A stretch of 62,101 bases of DNA, counting the filler, from Hausera hauseri (taxonomy: Eukaryota), in NCBI GenBank assembly GCA_046269625.1. It is 10 parts of 10 records of this genome, joined end to end, with 100 filler letters (N's around TTAATTAATTAA, not from the genome) between each part and the next. Parts side by side here need not be neighbours in the genome. Positions count along the whole stretch, not along the records: positions 47,090 to 56,719 come from JBJURY010326605.1; positions 56,820 to 62,101 come from JBJURY010291170.1; 8 more parts are not named here. The stretch is one strand, 5' to 3'. The notes below the pieces were generated by a model. It saw only the letters and a list, made by a program, of their open reading frames with translations, was not told where the DNA came from and did not search any database. Position 1 is the first letter of the stretch; each line of letters starts with the position of its first letter. Shown here one piece after another: positions 48,443 to 62,101 of the stretch. The translations under genes were made by a program, and so were the position numbers.

Positions 48443-51400
48443 TGTCAGATACAAACATAAATTACCAGTTCAACACACGGAGGACAACGGCGTCGAGCAT
48501 AAGCTTGGACGACATGCAAGTTCCTCCTCGACGACATCGCACATTCGGACCATCTCAATTCACTACCAAGGACTCGTACACCTCGGCGGACGAATCATAG
48601 GAACCAAATAAAAATTATGCACATTATTTGTTTGTTGCTTTCTCGATTTTCCTTTCAGTCATTTTATTCGACTGCATTTACATGTTGGTTTCCCTTTTAA
48701 TATTTAAAAGTTCCATCCACAAGGATGAGAACACTAAAATGGTGGCAGCGAATACCGCACACACGTCCCTTTTGCACAGAACCATGGATACTCGTCCGGG
48801 TATTTCGACAAACACAGCCGTTGATAGCAACCCTGCTCAAACTTATACAAACACTGTTGTAATTAATCCGGTGAACATACTCACACTCGCCGGCCGAGAG
48901 TACGCCAAACGAAGTACAACTCATTGTACAAAATTGGTGTCAGTCGAAAGCTCATCGATTTCCATCTACACTAGATATGTCTGGAATGCTGGAAGTTTAA
49001 AAACAACAATATCCCGACCATACATTTTCTCATAATGGAAAATTATTGCGCAAGACTAATTGCATAATCGGTGTAACTTTCACATCTAACAACACTGTAC
49101 TGGCGACTCTCAAACAAAAAGGAGGCGTTAACATCCATACGCCTGAGAAAAGAGCAGAAGCTGCTTCAGCAGCATAGGCCAAACCACCCATATTAGCATG
49201 TCCCACCTTCTTCATAGGTTCGGAAAGAACTACACTGAAGTGGTTCCATGTGCTTGAAACATGAGCTACTCAATGCAGCATCACCGGCTAACTAAACAAG
49301 GCTTTAATTTCGATACAATACTTGCAGCCAACAACGCTCGCAGCAATAACGGATCTGGACACGTTACTGTTCGATGAAAAGCCGTTTGACAAAATCAAAG
49401 CAGCCATATGCAAAGCATACCTGTCATCCAAACAAGACCAGTTTAACCTGGTTTTCACAAAGCGACAGACAGGGAATATGAAACCTTCTGCTCTGGTTCA
49501 AAATTTACACTCAGATTTGAACAATGCTGAGTTGGACCTCCAGAACAACCAGCATATACTACGGCGCTACTTTCTGAGTAGTTCGCTAAACCAAATTCAA
49601 GCGGCACTTGTGTTATTACCGCCCGACACCACATTGGACGATACGGCATCAAAAGACGATAAAATATATGAGTGCACTAAAGGCACCGTAGAATCCGCAC
49701 TAACAATGAAAATTAACTATGTCACAGCGACCCAGCAGAATCAGCTGGGCACAATTCTTGCAGCTCCGCAGGCACTTGTGACGCACATAAATCTGTCAAC
49801 CAAGGACAAACCGACATTTAGATGTAAATGCCCCAGGAGAAAGAAAAGCGGATTTTCCAAATTTTGCCACTATCACACTCGATTTAACAAATCCGCCTAA
49901 AAATGTCATCATGGTTGTCAATTCGACAAGCCCTCCGCAAATATAAAAATGCAAGACACTTGCATTTATCACAATAATTTCGGTCCAGAGGCAAAAATCT
50001 GCCGACCCGGCTGCAAATTTTACAAGCCATCAAAAAACTAAATGGGCTCAGACGACAAACGGCACGTCGACTGGAAACCCAATCACCGCAACTGCCGTAT
50101 ACAAATATCGAACGCATTGTCGATGTTATTTTTACTCTCGAAGCGAAGCCACAACATTATGACATCTCCAAACAACTAGATTTTCAAATCATCGCTGGTG
50201 CAGCTTTATCGCTGATACCTAGCGCATACGCTAGAAATACGCTGGTCTCGCATGCATAGCTAAAAGCTGCCAATGTCACGCGAATAGCAACAATAGGTAC
50301 ACTGTACCTACAATTTCGTCTACAAGGCCGACCATACGCTTGGTCATTCATATTGACCGATGTCATGCAATCAATCCTTGGTTCTGACTTCCTAGATCAC
50401 TATGATCTTACCATGGATTGCCGAAATTAACAATTCACCAGCGGTCGAAATCCATTACTTCCACCCGCATTCACGCTAACCATAAACGCGGTAACAGGCA
50501 TAAAAATCGCAAATCCCATTGGCATCGTACCATTGCTCCAAGCGCAATACCCTAACTTGTTGAAACGCTCAACACAACCAACACAGAAAGAATTAAATAC
50601 TTCACACTTTCTCGTCACATCATGCGATCGACCCATTCGGCTACCCCGGAGGGAGCTTGACCTTGTCAAGGCAGCAGCCGCGGAAGCCGAATTCCGACAC
50701 TTTGAAGAAGCTGGCATAATACGTTGCTCTACATCACCGTGGGTATCACCATTGCACATGGTTCTCAAAAATGACGGTTCATACCGGCCTTGTGGTGACT
50801 ATAGAATGTTAATTAACGTCACCATCCACGATTCATACCCAACACCGTTGGTAACAGATATATTGCATCGCGTACATAGTGCCGCAATATTCAGCACAAT
50901 AAATCTAAAAATGGCATGCAACCAGATCCCGGTTGCTCCCAAAAACATTCCAAAAATGGTGGTAATAACGCCTTTTGGTTTGTTCGAGTATCTGCACATG
51001 CCATTCGGCTTACGGAATGCAAGTCAAATATTCCAACGCCACATAGACCAAGTCCTCATCAACATGCCTTATGCCATCCCATATATAGATGACATATTGA
51101 TTGCATCACGTGATGAAGTGACTCACAAAACACACATCGAACATGTGTTTCATAGGTTGAATGATAACAACCTACAGATGAATATAAACAAATGCTCATT
51201 CTTTAAAACTGGAGCCGTGTTTTTCGGACTTCGGTTAACACCACATGGTCATAGTCCTCTTCCTGAGCGACTAGAAACCATCAAACAAATACTGAAGCCA
51301 TCCACAGTGACTGGACTTCGCAACTGCCTTGGCACGATCAATTTCTGCCATCGCTACATTCCGCACTGCGCGGAAATCTTGTCACCTCTGTGATCTAAGC

Positions 51401-53385
51401 CAAGGACCCAAGAAATCCCAGGTAATCTGGATGGATGAAGTTGAACAGGCATTTGTCAATGCAAAAATAGCGGTTCTTCACATACCTACACTGCACTATC
51501 CTAAACAAGATGCGCCGTTTATCTTAACAACAAATGCATCCACATTTGCTGCACGCGCCATACTTGCCCAATCAATCGATGGCAAAAATGCCCCATTGAA
51601 TTCTTTGCCCACAAATTCAATTTGGCTGAGAAACGCCATAATTCTCAGTGTCAAACACTTCAGACATTTCCTCGATGGAAATGGTGTTTACAATCCGCAC
51701 GGATCACAAACCACTCATTCACATAATGAGTATGAAAAACCCATTGCCTCGTCAAAAGCGGCACATCTAATTTCTATCGGAATTCTCATTTCAGATAGAA
51801 AACATAACTAGAAAAGATAACACAGTTGCAAATTTTTTTTCCAGAACTAAGATATCGACAATATCCTTTGACCCAATTTTCACGGAAGAGGTTCTCCGAT
51901 TGAACTCTCCACATGAAGACGATGTAACGTTCTTCAAAACAGTCGTCGCAAAGGATGGAATACACTACAATACCATCCTCAATGGTTGTCCACACCCAAT
52001 TCTAGCAGCAAACCTACGGAAACAGGCATTTGACACCATTCACAACATCCTTTACCCTGGATCAAAAGCCACAGCTCGCCTATGAAGCAGTAGGGTTTGT
52101 TGGCCTCTCATGCTAAGCGACATAAAGCGGTGGACAAAAGAATGTTCACTGTGCCAGCAGTATAAAGTCAACAAGACTATACAACCACCAATCCTACACT
52201 ATCCTACTGAGTCACAGTTTGAAACCATCCACATGGACATTGTAGGACCACTTCCCAAATGTAACGGATATTAGTACATCTTAACCATTCTCGATCGGAA
52301 AACAAGATGACCCGAAGCCATTTCAATTCGCCAAATAACAACGCAAAGCGTTGTGGCTGAATTGGTAAATACATGGATTTCTCGGTTCGGAGTACCTAAA
52401 AACATTATAAAAGATCAAAGTACCCAATTCGAATCAGCCATGTTTAACCAATTAACCAAATCGCTTGGTTCAAAACATATACATACATCGCCCTACCATC
52501 CACAGGCGAATGGTTTAATCGAACGATTTCGTCGTACACTCAAATCATCCTTACGAATCCTATGCCACGATAAAAAAAACTGGCTGAATGCATTACCCAT
52601 TCTGCTATTATGGTGCAGAAACACTCCAAACACTAGCACCGATGCCTCTGCGGCACAACTATTATTTGGTGCCCACCTCACATTCCCGCAAGATCTGGTG
52701 AGCAACGAGGAAGTAAATTATATTCCCGCTCTCAAGCAAGCTCGGAAGCATTTCCTGTCAATAAACACGAACCCTGCATTCCACAACAATCACAAAAAAC
52801 CAACCATGCGCAAGAATCTACATGATGCGTCCTTTATTTGGCTCAAAAGCCAACAAATACACGGTTTTGAACCGTAATACACGGGCCCCTACAAGCTCAG
52901 AAATCACTGAGCACAACGCCAAAATATTGCGAGACAACGATAAATATATAGTCCACTTGTCGAAAGTAAAACCAGCATTCGGCTATCTACCCAATAAGAC
53001 GTACCAAGCCTGTCAGAAGTAGACCAGCTTCGAGAAAACTACAAGAAGATTGATCCATTCAATATGACCCAACCCAAGTCCAAACTGAAACACATCTTAC
53101 TCCAACACCCGAACTTCCGGAAATGGAACGTACTACAATACGCAACCAAACCCCTGCCGCACCAGTATCGAGTCTCACCAGGAGTGCATCAAATATACCT
53201 CGACTCCACTAAAACCCTACAGGCTTAAAAGAAAGAGTACCCGATTGCATGCAGCGTGAATGTCGCATCAAAGCAGGTTGGTATCAAACCCAGTGCCAAA
53301 TCGACACTCACTCATACCGCTTTTAATAAGTGACAGACACGCCACATGCAACCAGTTTCGAAACACTGGCGGACGAAGAAGCACT
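48443..53385 (+). mobile_element. Decayed Ty3/Gypsy element (5' LTR ~48443-48733, gag ~49200-49900, protease ~50190-50430, RT 50533-51393, RNase H, integrase ~52000-52980, truncated 3' LTR from ~53331)
   Basis: FCHYHTRF, SPWVSPLHMV, YIDD, HMDIVGP, YHPQANGLIERF; diverged LTR starts TGTCAGATAC and TGACAGACAC; PBS TGGTGGCAGCG at 48740. Confidence 0.9.
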
Positions 53386-55335
53386 AAAATGACGTACGGG
53401 AAAGTTTGGAAAAGGGTTCCGATTTAGCAGGGAGTGAAAGATGAGTAACAATACTATCCAAAAGACCCAAATATGAAAATTTAATGTTTGTATAAATTAC
53501 GGTAAAACCGAGACAACTTCTAATTAAACAATCTAATAACAAGTAAAAATTAAAAAATCCGTTTCTAAAATTCATGAATCTAAGATACTAGTTGCTTTGC
53601 CTAACCACGTACGAAAATACACGCAATAGGCGTCAAAGAACAAATGAAACGCTCTTACTTAGGTTGTACAATGGCGTGTAGACCATCGAAACCACAAAAA
53701 TATTCCAATTTTCCCGTTGTAACAACTAATCAAATTTTAATATGCTAAACTATTTGTACATAATCATAACAGGTGGCTAAAATAATGTTGCATTGAGTGA
53801 TTTACTATAACAAGATAAAAATGCCTGGATGACAAATACAAAATGTAATAAATGAATGTTTGGCACATTTATGTCATATGATTGTACATAGGATAAAAAT
53901 GAAGGTCTTAGAATCCTTGGAAATTATTTACCGAAATTATGCATCCCGTAATAACGAAATTACATTTAATAGAACCTACCCAACAGCGATAACTGACATA
54001 AACCTGGAATCCCTAGATTCCAAAATCATGACATTTATTCATCTGATTTCCCACCGAGTATTCTGGGGCTGATCCCTGCAATTAGGTAGATCATGGTTTA
54101 AGTACATTTTCTTTCACACGGTCGATAACATGCACGAGACCCAACATCAAACGAAATTTCTAAATTCGAAAGAACATTCAGCACATTATCTGCGACACAA
54201 GTGCGTAATAAGACTGCAGAAAATGTGTATATATGTATATATACATACTTGCATCGCATGTGATTAAAAATTCAAACGACGATGCATATTACTTTGAAAA
54301 ACAGTAATCAATATTAACACGTTTCACCGGCTGACTCATGATGTCTGATTATTTTTAATTTTGTTAACATAAGCGCATTTAAGGTTGTTATAGTGGATTA
54401 AGAATTAAAATTCAGCAAGTGTGTAATATTTATAAAAATATATGCATGCAAAAATATTAAAGAAAACAAACTAACTGACGTAAAAAAAACGTTAATTGTT
54501 CGGCTGGATAATTTACGATGCTTGTTATGACAAGTTTTGCTAAACAAACAATAGACGGTGCTTATCTAAAACAAACAACAGCCAAAGAACAATATTTCAA
54601 TTTTTATTTTTTTAAATCTGCATAAAAGGCCATAAAAGAAATAATCTAATTTACAAGCAACCTGTTGAATTTTCAAAAGCTCAGTCAGAACCAGTCAAAG
54701 AGAGGGTAGGCGGAAACACAAAAACGAACAAAAACTTGAAGTATCGCTATCACATTCGATTAAAACTTGTATTCCGTCAATTCAGAGTTAGTAATGATAA
54801 ATTATTAGTCAACATCATATCCATTGCAATCAAAAACAGTCAGGTTAATGCAAACAAAATCTCAAAGTCTATTCTACACAGCTTGTAAAAAATAATTAAT
54901 TAAATCTTAGAAAATATAAAACGACGACATCACCATCGAATGGTTTATAAAATCCGGCATACATCACCGTTTTAACGAATGATATGAAAATTTTCGATTC
55001 AGCAACCCATAACAAAATTATAGGATATGACATTTCGATTAAAGATAATATAAAATTAACAAAAAATCACCATGTATATTAATCGCACAAATCCGCAAAT
55101 TCCATCACGACAAGAATGCCAAAAACGTCAGAGACGGATAAATTTCACTCTTAATCAACGCATCAAAAACCATTGGGTCGCATTCATATCCTCGTCTTAA
55201 CTTGGCATTTTCGGATTTTTTTTCATCAGATATATTCGGATTCTAGACGTCAAAGTCAAAATGATTTGTATCCATGATTATTTATGTGTAAACGACAACT
55301 TTTTTGTTTTTGGCCGGATGAGCAACTTAAATTTA

Positions 55336-56040
55336 TAGTAAATCCACTAAAATTTGAGACTAATTTTTTTGATAAAAATTATAATTCCGTTGCTATGAAG
55401 TTATAGCATAAAATTTACATTGGAGACAAATATTTTTAACTTATTGTTTATATATCTATTAAAGCATGACAAATGCCCATAGGGTAAATGGGTTTTAGTT
55501 ATTGCAGGATAATTTTACAAGTTATGTGAACATAATATATATTGACTAAGGATACTTTAGCTCATTATAATTCTTCCATAGTATCGCATGGTATTTTGTA
55601 TGATTGTTGTGATATTTATAATTACTATGCATAAATAAAAATTAATGATGAAATAGATATTCATAATTAATTTTTTTTCCTGTTAAAAATTAGAGTATTG
55701 ATAGAAATGATTATTAGTTTTGCATTTTAGTTAATGAGATAAAAAGAGATTCATAATAAAACATAATTGGTAATGTATCAAAATTTCAGTCATTCAAATT
55801 TGATTAAACATATTACCACCTTTGAACTATTTCGCGTAAATCTTTCATTTTGTTAATGAACAACTAATACAAGGAAATCAGTTTAGCAATAATAACGTTG
55901 CTATCTGGAAAACGACTATATAAATTTAAGACCTAAAATTATATTCGTTTCTAATGTAAAATTCATGTTATTACTCCATAGCAACGGAATAATAATTTTT
56001 ATCAAAAAAATTAAAGTCTCAAATTTTAGTGGATTTACAA
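55336..56040. mobile_element. Tc1/mariner-type MITE with ~60-bp TIRs
   Basis: GTAAATCCACTAAAATTTGAGACT...CCGTTGCTATG and its reverse complement at 55977-56038; TA dinucleotide on both flanks. Confidence 0.85.
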
Positions 56041-56819
56041 TAATACTATACTGGGATCATGAAAACATTTAACAAGACCATGAATTCGTGAAATTTCTGT
56101 TTTCTATAAGAAGTATGAGTAGTTTCAAAAATTAAATATTAAAAAATATTCAGGAAACTAAAAGAGAAATTACGGCACTTATTGCCAGTCTCACAGTCAC
56201 GAAATTCAATCAGTCCAGCTCCCAAAAAGGAGCCTTTATTGGATGGATGACAAGCGACAGATCCTAAAAGATGGAATCCGCACATTATCTCACGGGCATG
56301 CTGCACTATAAATATGTAAATAGCTTTGTTGTATCGTTTTCGTTACGACGTGTTGTATTGTTGTATTAATAAATCTTGTTCAAAAATCGTGTTGTGTTTT
56401 TGATTAAGTAACGAAAGGTATGGGGTAAGGCCAAGTAATTAAATACTATATAGGCCAAATGACAAAATATATAAGTATTTCATAATACATTTATTTCATA
56501 GCAACATAACTTTGACATAACGATAAATATTTTTATAAGCACAATGTGAACCATGTTCTCGACATCTATTACCTTAATATAACTTATATTTCACATGTAT
56601 TCCTTTAATATTACCTTAGTATAATATATTACCTATATTTTACCCACATTTCACATATATTACCTATATTTTATTTTCATATTACCTAATGTATTGATTT
56701 TAGTGATTAGTTCATTGATNNNNNNNNNNNNNNNNNNNNNNNNNNNNNNNNNNNNNNNNNNNNTTAATTAATTAANNNNNNNNNNNNNNNNNNNNNNNNN
56801 NNNNNNNNNNNNNNNNNNN

Positions 56820-59800
56820 ATGTGAGGTAATGTGCCAAATCAATTAGGAAGACTTTTACAATGTCCATAAACTGCACTTGATTTCCTTCACCAAGTCGAA
56901 AAAACAAATATTTAGTACCGATATGCCAATAACGACTTTCGTAGCAAAGGAAAATCAAGGATGCAATTCATATGTGTATTGCACATGTGTAATACACAAC
57001 CCTCAGAATTGCCACAATGCCATGAGGAACTATTATGGACACAAATTCAACATAATCATTTATTATATCTTCCCAGGATGTGGGGCTCTATGTGATGGAG
57101 AATACATACAGTTTTATGAAGATCACAAACATCATTTCACTGACTTCGAATCAAAGTCAAAGAAGATAATCTTTAATGAACATAAGCCAATTGCACAGCC
57201 TGAAGTACCACAGCCTGGAGTACAACCAGATTCAGGACTAAAATGCGCACCGGATGCATCAGGCACATCAGGCGTAGCGGCTCCATCAAAGAGTCAAAGA
57301 CAACGGCCAGTTGATGCTACAGCATTAAAGAAAAAATGCCGCAAATATGTCATTGATGCAACTGATCAAACAATATTCAAGGAGTTCCTGGAGTACACAG
57401 AGGAAGAAACAGACGGATTCTCCAGGACAACATAGCTGAGCTCAAGGCCATTAAGGCTAGTATGAAACTTGAGGCCACATGAGTCAATGTTAATGGCAAA
57501 GAGTCCAAAAGGGCCTTCAAGACCAGAAATAGAATTATTTTTGAAGCCATTAATATAGTAGAATGGCTGCATGAAAAGCATGAAAAGCTGATTCGTGAAG
57601 CTGATGAGAGCCAGAGTAAGAAGGGCTGATGGACTCTGGCAACCATCAAGAGATTGCTTGTGTATGTGCACAAGTACTCTCCGATGCGGGGCAGTACTTA
57701 TATTCAGCTTGCGGAATGGATCGCTCATAAAAAAGCATGCATTAATGTTCAAAATAATGAGAACAAGTGTTTCATGTATGCCATTCTATCAAAACTCATA
57801 CCGGATCAAAAACATGCAGCAGATCGAGTTTGGCTATATAATGATCTGAAGCACAATTATGACTTCCAATGTATCACATTCCCTCCATCCTTAGATGAAA
57901 TTAAGAAGTTCAGTCGAATCAACAACATATCCATCAACATCATTGGATTGGATGAGAAGGACAAATTTTAACCCCTGCAGATATATGATACTGAATTGGA
58001 AGAGCATAGGGATCTGCTCCTACTAGACGATAGAGAAAAGAAACATTATGTTTGGATCAAAAATTTTGAGCATCTAGTCATATTCCAAATTACGAATCAT
58101 TATGGACAAATAGAAATATGTAAACAATGTCTGTCTCATTTCAGTGGCGATACAGCAGTGGAGAAGCTTGCTGAGCATAAAATGTACTGCAACAATAATT
58201 ACTGTGTAAAACCAAAATTTCCCAAGGAGGACTATATTGAATTCAAAGAGTTCGAGAAGAAGATCAAGGTCCCAATAGTTATCTATTGCGACTTTGAAGC
58301 TATTCTCCTGCTAATTCACAGCTGCCCTCTCAGTTCTCAACATAGCAGCACAACGGCATACCAATATCATGAACTCTCATCGTATTGCATGTATGCCAAA
58401 GGACTGGACAGTGAACCATGTCTATTCAGGGGTCCAGGCACAGCAGCACATTTCATGAAACGACTTGAAGATATGGCTCATAAGCTTGAAAACATGCTTC
58501 AGCAGCATAAAGATAATATGAGAATGTCGTGGAAACAAGTTGAAGAATAGCGCAGGGCAACGACATGTTACATGTGTTCCAAATCATTCACCAAGGAGAA
58601 TCATAAAGTCAAGGATCATTGCCATTTTACAGGCATATATCGAGGAGCAGCATGCAACAATTGCAATCTACGATGCAAAACATGCACATATGTGCCTGTA
58701 GTGTTACACAATCTCAGTGGCTATGATTCCCACTTCATTATTCGGGAACTTGGCAACATTGATGGGAACATTGATGTCATTCCCAATAGTGAGGAAAAAT
58801 ACATCACTTTCACTAAGCATATGAGGCGCATTAGACTTCGACTCATAGACAGCTTTTGTTTCATGAGTTCGTCACTGGATAGTTTAGTGAAAAACCACCC
58901 TGCAGAAGAAATCAAGGAGACGAAGCGGTTCTTCCCCACTGCATTTGACCTCGTCAAAAGGAAAGGCGTCTTTCCTTATGACTACATGACCTCATGGGAA
59001 ACACTGGATGAGACCTCATTGCCGGACAAGAAGAACTTTTACAGTATCCTCTCTGATTGCGGTATCAGTGATTCTGACTACCAACATGCCCAGAACGTCT
59101 GGTATGCATTCCAATGCCGAACATTAGGGGAATACAGAGACATATACCTCAAGACGGATGTGCTGCTGCTCACAAATGTCTTTGAGAGTTTCAGGGATGT
59201 CACAATGAAGAACTATGCATTGAATCCGGCTCATTTCTTTACGACTCCAGGGATGAGCTGGGCAGCTATGCTGAGATACACCGGCATAAGGCTGCAGATT
59301 ATTAAGGATTACGACATGATCCTTATGATCGAGAGAGGCATTAGAGGCGGAATATGCCAGGCCATTGACCAGTATAGCGAGGCCAACAACAAGTATATGG
59401 CCCAGTATGATCCATCCAAGTAATCCTCATATATATCATACCTGTATGCCAACAACTTGTATGGATATGCAATGAGCGCCCCATTGCCGTATGATAATTT
59501 CAAATGAGTCGAGCATCCTGAAAACATCCCTATATTGGACCTGTATCCCACTGGAGATACGGGATACATACTGGAGGTGGATATGGAATATCCTGCTTCC
59601 ATCCAATCAAGGAATCAACAGCTGCCTTTCCTCCCTGAGGGCAGGCCTCCGCCCCATGGAAAGCAGAGAAAGCTGCTCTGCCATCTGGGTAATAGGGAGA
59701 GGTATGTAGTTAACTACATCAATCTCCAGCAGGCAGTTAAACATGGACTTCGTATTACCAAGATCCATAGAGCCCTGCAGTTCAACCAGTCCATGTGGCT

Positions 59801-60476
59801 GCAGCCCCACATAGATCTCAATACGAAGCTGCGTACAAATGCCAAGAACGATTTTGAGAAGGACTAGTTCAAGCTTTACAACAACTCGGTATTTGGCAAG
59901 ACCATGGAGAATATCCGCAACAGGATCAATATCGAACTGGTATGTGACTGGAAGCGAACAAAGAAGCTTATTGCCAAGCCTAACTTCCACAGCAGCATCA
60001 TATGCTGAGAACTTAGTGAGCATCCATATGCTAAAAACATCCTTTGTATTCAACAAGCCCATATATGTGGGTATGGCAATCCTCGACCTATCAAAGACCC
60101 TGACGTATCATTCCCACTACGACATCAAGGTCCCCAAGTTCAAGTCCATGCAGCTGATGTATACGGATACTGATAGTTTCATCTATCAGATCCATACAGA
60201 GGACATTTATGAGGTCTTTTCTCAGTTGGTAGAGCATATGGATACTTCGGACTATCCGAAGGATCATCCCAACTATTCAATAGCCAACAAAAAGGTCCTT
60301 GGGAAATTCAAATACGAGGTGAATGGAGCAGTCATCTCGATATTTTTAGCTCTTAGGTCCAAAGTGTATGCCACTGATATATGTAGCCAAGTAAAGAAGC
60401 GGGCTAAAGGAGTTCAAAGGGCGACCTTAGCCAAGAAGATTGGATTCAATGACTATGTTAGAGTTTTGCATGAGCA
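56820..60476 (+). pseudogene. polB: Polinton pPolB, copy A, C-terminally truncated
   Basis: YCDFE, KVKDHCHFTG.YRGAACNNCNL, HNLSGYDSHFII, RKGVFPYDY, NNLYGYAMS, NSVFGKTMEN, YTDTDSF, KRAKGV; contains stops and frameshifts. Confidence 0.95.
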
Positions 60477-62101
60477 GACCTTGATCTTCTTCTCGAACTC
60501 CTTGAACTCAATATAGTCCTCCTTGGGGAAATCTGGCCTGATACAATAATTGTTGTTGCAGTACATCTTGTGCTCCTTCAGCTTCTCCACAACTAACTTG
60601 CCACTGAAATGGGACAAGCATCGTTTGCATATTTCGATTCTTTTCTTATGTTTCGTAATTTGGGATCTAACTAAACGTTCAAAGTTCTTTATCCATACAT
60701 AATGTTTCTTTTCTCCATCGTCTATTAGGAGCAGATCCCTATGATCATCCAATTTATTATCATATATTTGCAGGGGATAGAATTTATCTTCCTCATCCAA
60801 TCCAAAGATGTTGATGGATATATTGTTGATTCGACTAAACTTCTTGATTTCATCTAAGGATGGAGGGAATGTGATACATTGGAAGTCATAGTTGTGCTGC
60901 AGATCATTATATAGCCAACCTCAATCTGCTGCATGCTTTTGATCCCGTACGAGTTTACATAAAATGGAATACATGAAACACTTGTTGTCATCATTAAGAA
61001 CATTGATGCATGCTTTTTTATTAGCGATCCATTCTTGAAGCTGAATATATGAACTGCCCCGCATGGGAAAGTACTAGTGAACATACACAAGCAATCTCTT
61101 GATAGTTTCCAGAGTCCATTTCATCTTCTTACTCTGATTCTAATTGGTTTCAGTAATCAGCTTTGCATGCTCTTCATGCAGCCATTCTACTATATTGGTG
61201 GCTTCAAAAATGGGCCTATGTCTGGTCTTGAAGGCCCTTTTGGACTCTTCGCCATCAACACTGACGTATGTGGACTCAAGTTTCATATTAGCCTTAATGG
61301 GCTTAAGGTCAGCCATGCTGTCCTGGAGAATCCCTATTGTTTCTTCCTTTGTGTACTCCAGGAACTCCTTGATGGTTGTTTGACCAGTTGCATCAATGAC
61401 ATATTTGAGGGCTTTTCTCTTTAATGCTGCATCATTAACTGACCTATGCTTTGGCTTTTTGATGGAGCCGCTACGCCTGATGCGCCCAATTCTGCTGCGC
61501 ATGATGGGTCTGATGCACGTTTTAGTTCTGCATCTGGATGTACTGCTGCATCTGGTTGTGGTACTGCTGCTGCAGGCTGTGCTGCTGCAACTGGCTTATG
61601 TTCATTAAAGATGATCTTCTTTGACTTTGATGTTTAGTCAGTCAAATGATGTTTGTGATCTTCACAAAACTGCATGTATTCTCCATCACATACAGTCTCA
61701 CATCCTGGACAAATATAATAGAGGATCCTATTGAATTTGTGTCCATAATAGCTCCTCATAGTATTGTGACAATTCTGAGGGTTGTGTATTGTACATGTGC
61801 AATACACATATGAACTGCATCTTTGATTTTCCTTTGGCATGAAAGTCATTATTAGCATATTGGTACTGAATATTTGTTTTTTTTGACTTGGTGAAAGAAA
61901 TTAAGTGCTGTTTTTGGACATTGTAAAAGTCTTTATAATTGGTTTGGCACACTACCTCATATTTAGGGCATATATAATGCTGAAGCCTGTTGTATAGATG
62001 GCTAAAGTATTTCATCATAATACTGTGGCAATTTTCAGGCTCATGGATTTGAGCCAAGCATTCTCTGTAAAGTTTGCACATCTAAAAATCAACCAATTAT
62101 T
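60477..62101 (-). pseudogene. polB: Polinton pPolB 5' part, copy B, an inverted paralog of copy A
   Basis: Reverse-complement similarity to 56820-58270, e.g. EYTKEET/EYTEEET, HRDLLL.DD.EKKHYVWIKNFE and FPKEDYIEFKEFEKKIKV. Confidence 0.92.

Noticed and set aside
54095-54215. Minus-strand NVLNVLSNLEISFDVGS resembling ornithine decarboxylase
   Set aside because: Too short, the catalytic VKCN motif is absent, and no supporting neighbouring exons were found.

Overview
This window is not one locus. It is ten unrelated eukaryotic (animal-like, AT-rich) contigs joined by artificial 100-nt linkers (N44-TTAATTAATTAA-N44). Most of it is decayed mobile DNA: several Ty3/Gypsy LTR retrotransposons, one BEL/Pao element, three Polinton/adintovirus-like fragments (a capsid-protease module and pPolB genes), MITEs and a palindrome-rich ~415-bp satellite. 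Host-gene pieces include a GLIS zinc-finger exon, a DUF4806-like pseudogene, an OXCT1-KMT2C/D chimeric fragment and a gene with a probable 25-nt intron. The stand-out is contig 32112-41463, a large Gypsy element whose sequenced ORFs are uninterrupted. Its pol continues in frame past integrase into a type I membrane protein and ends at TGA-CAA-TTA, the TMV/SIRE1-type stop-readthrough context. The same frame then stays open for 601 codons and encodes a REX4/ISG20-like DEDDh exonuclease fold whose catalytic residues appear replaced. All domain calls were made by eye from motifs; no database searches were run.
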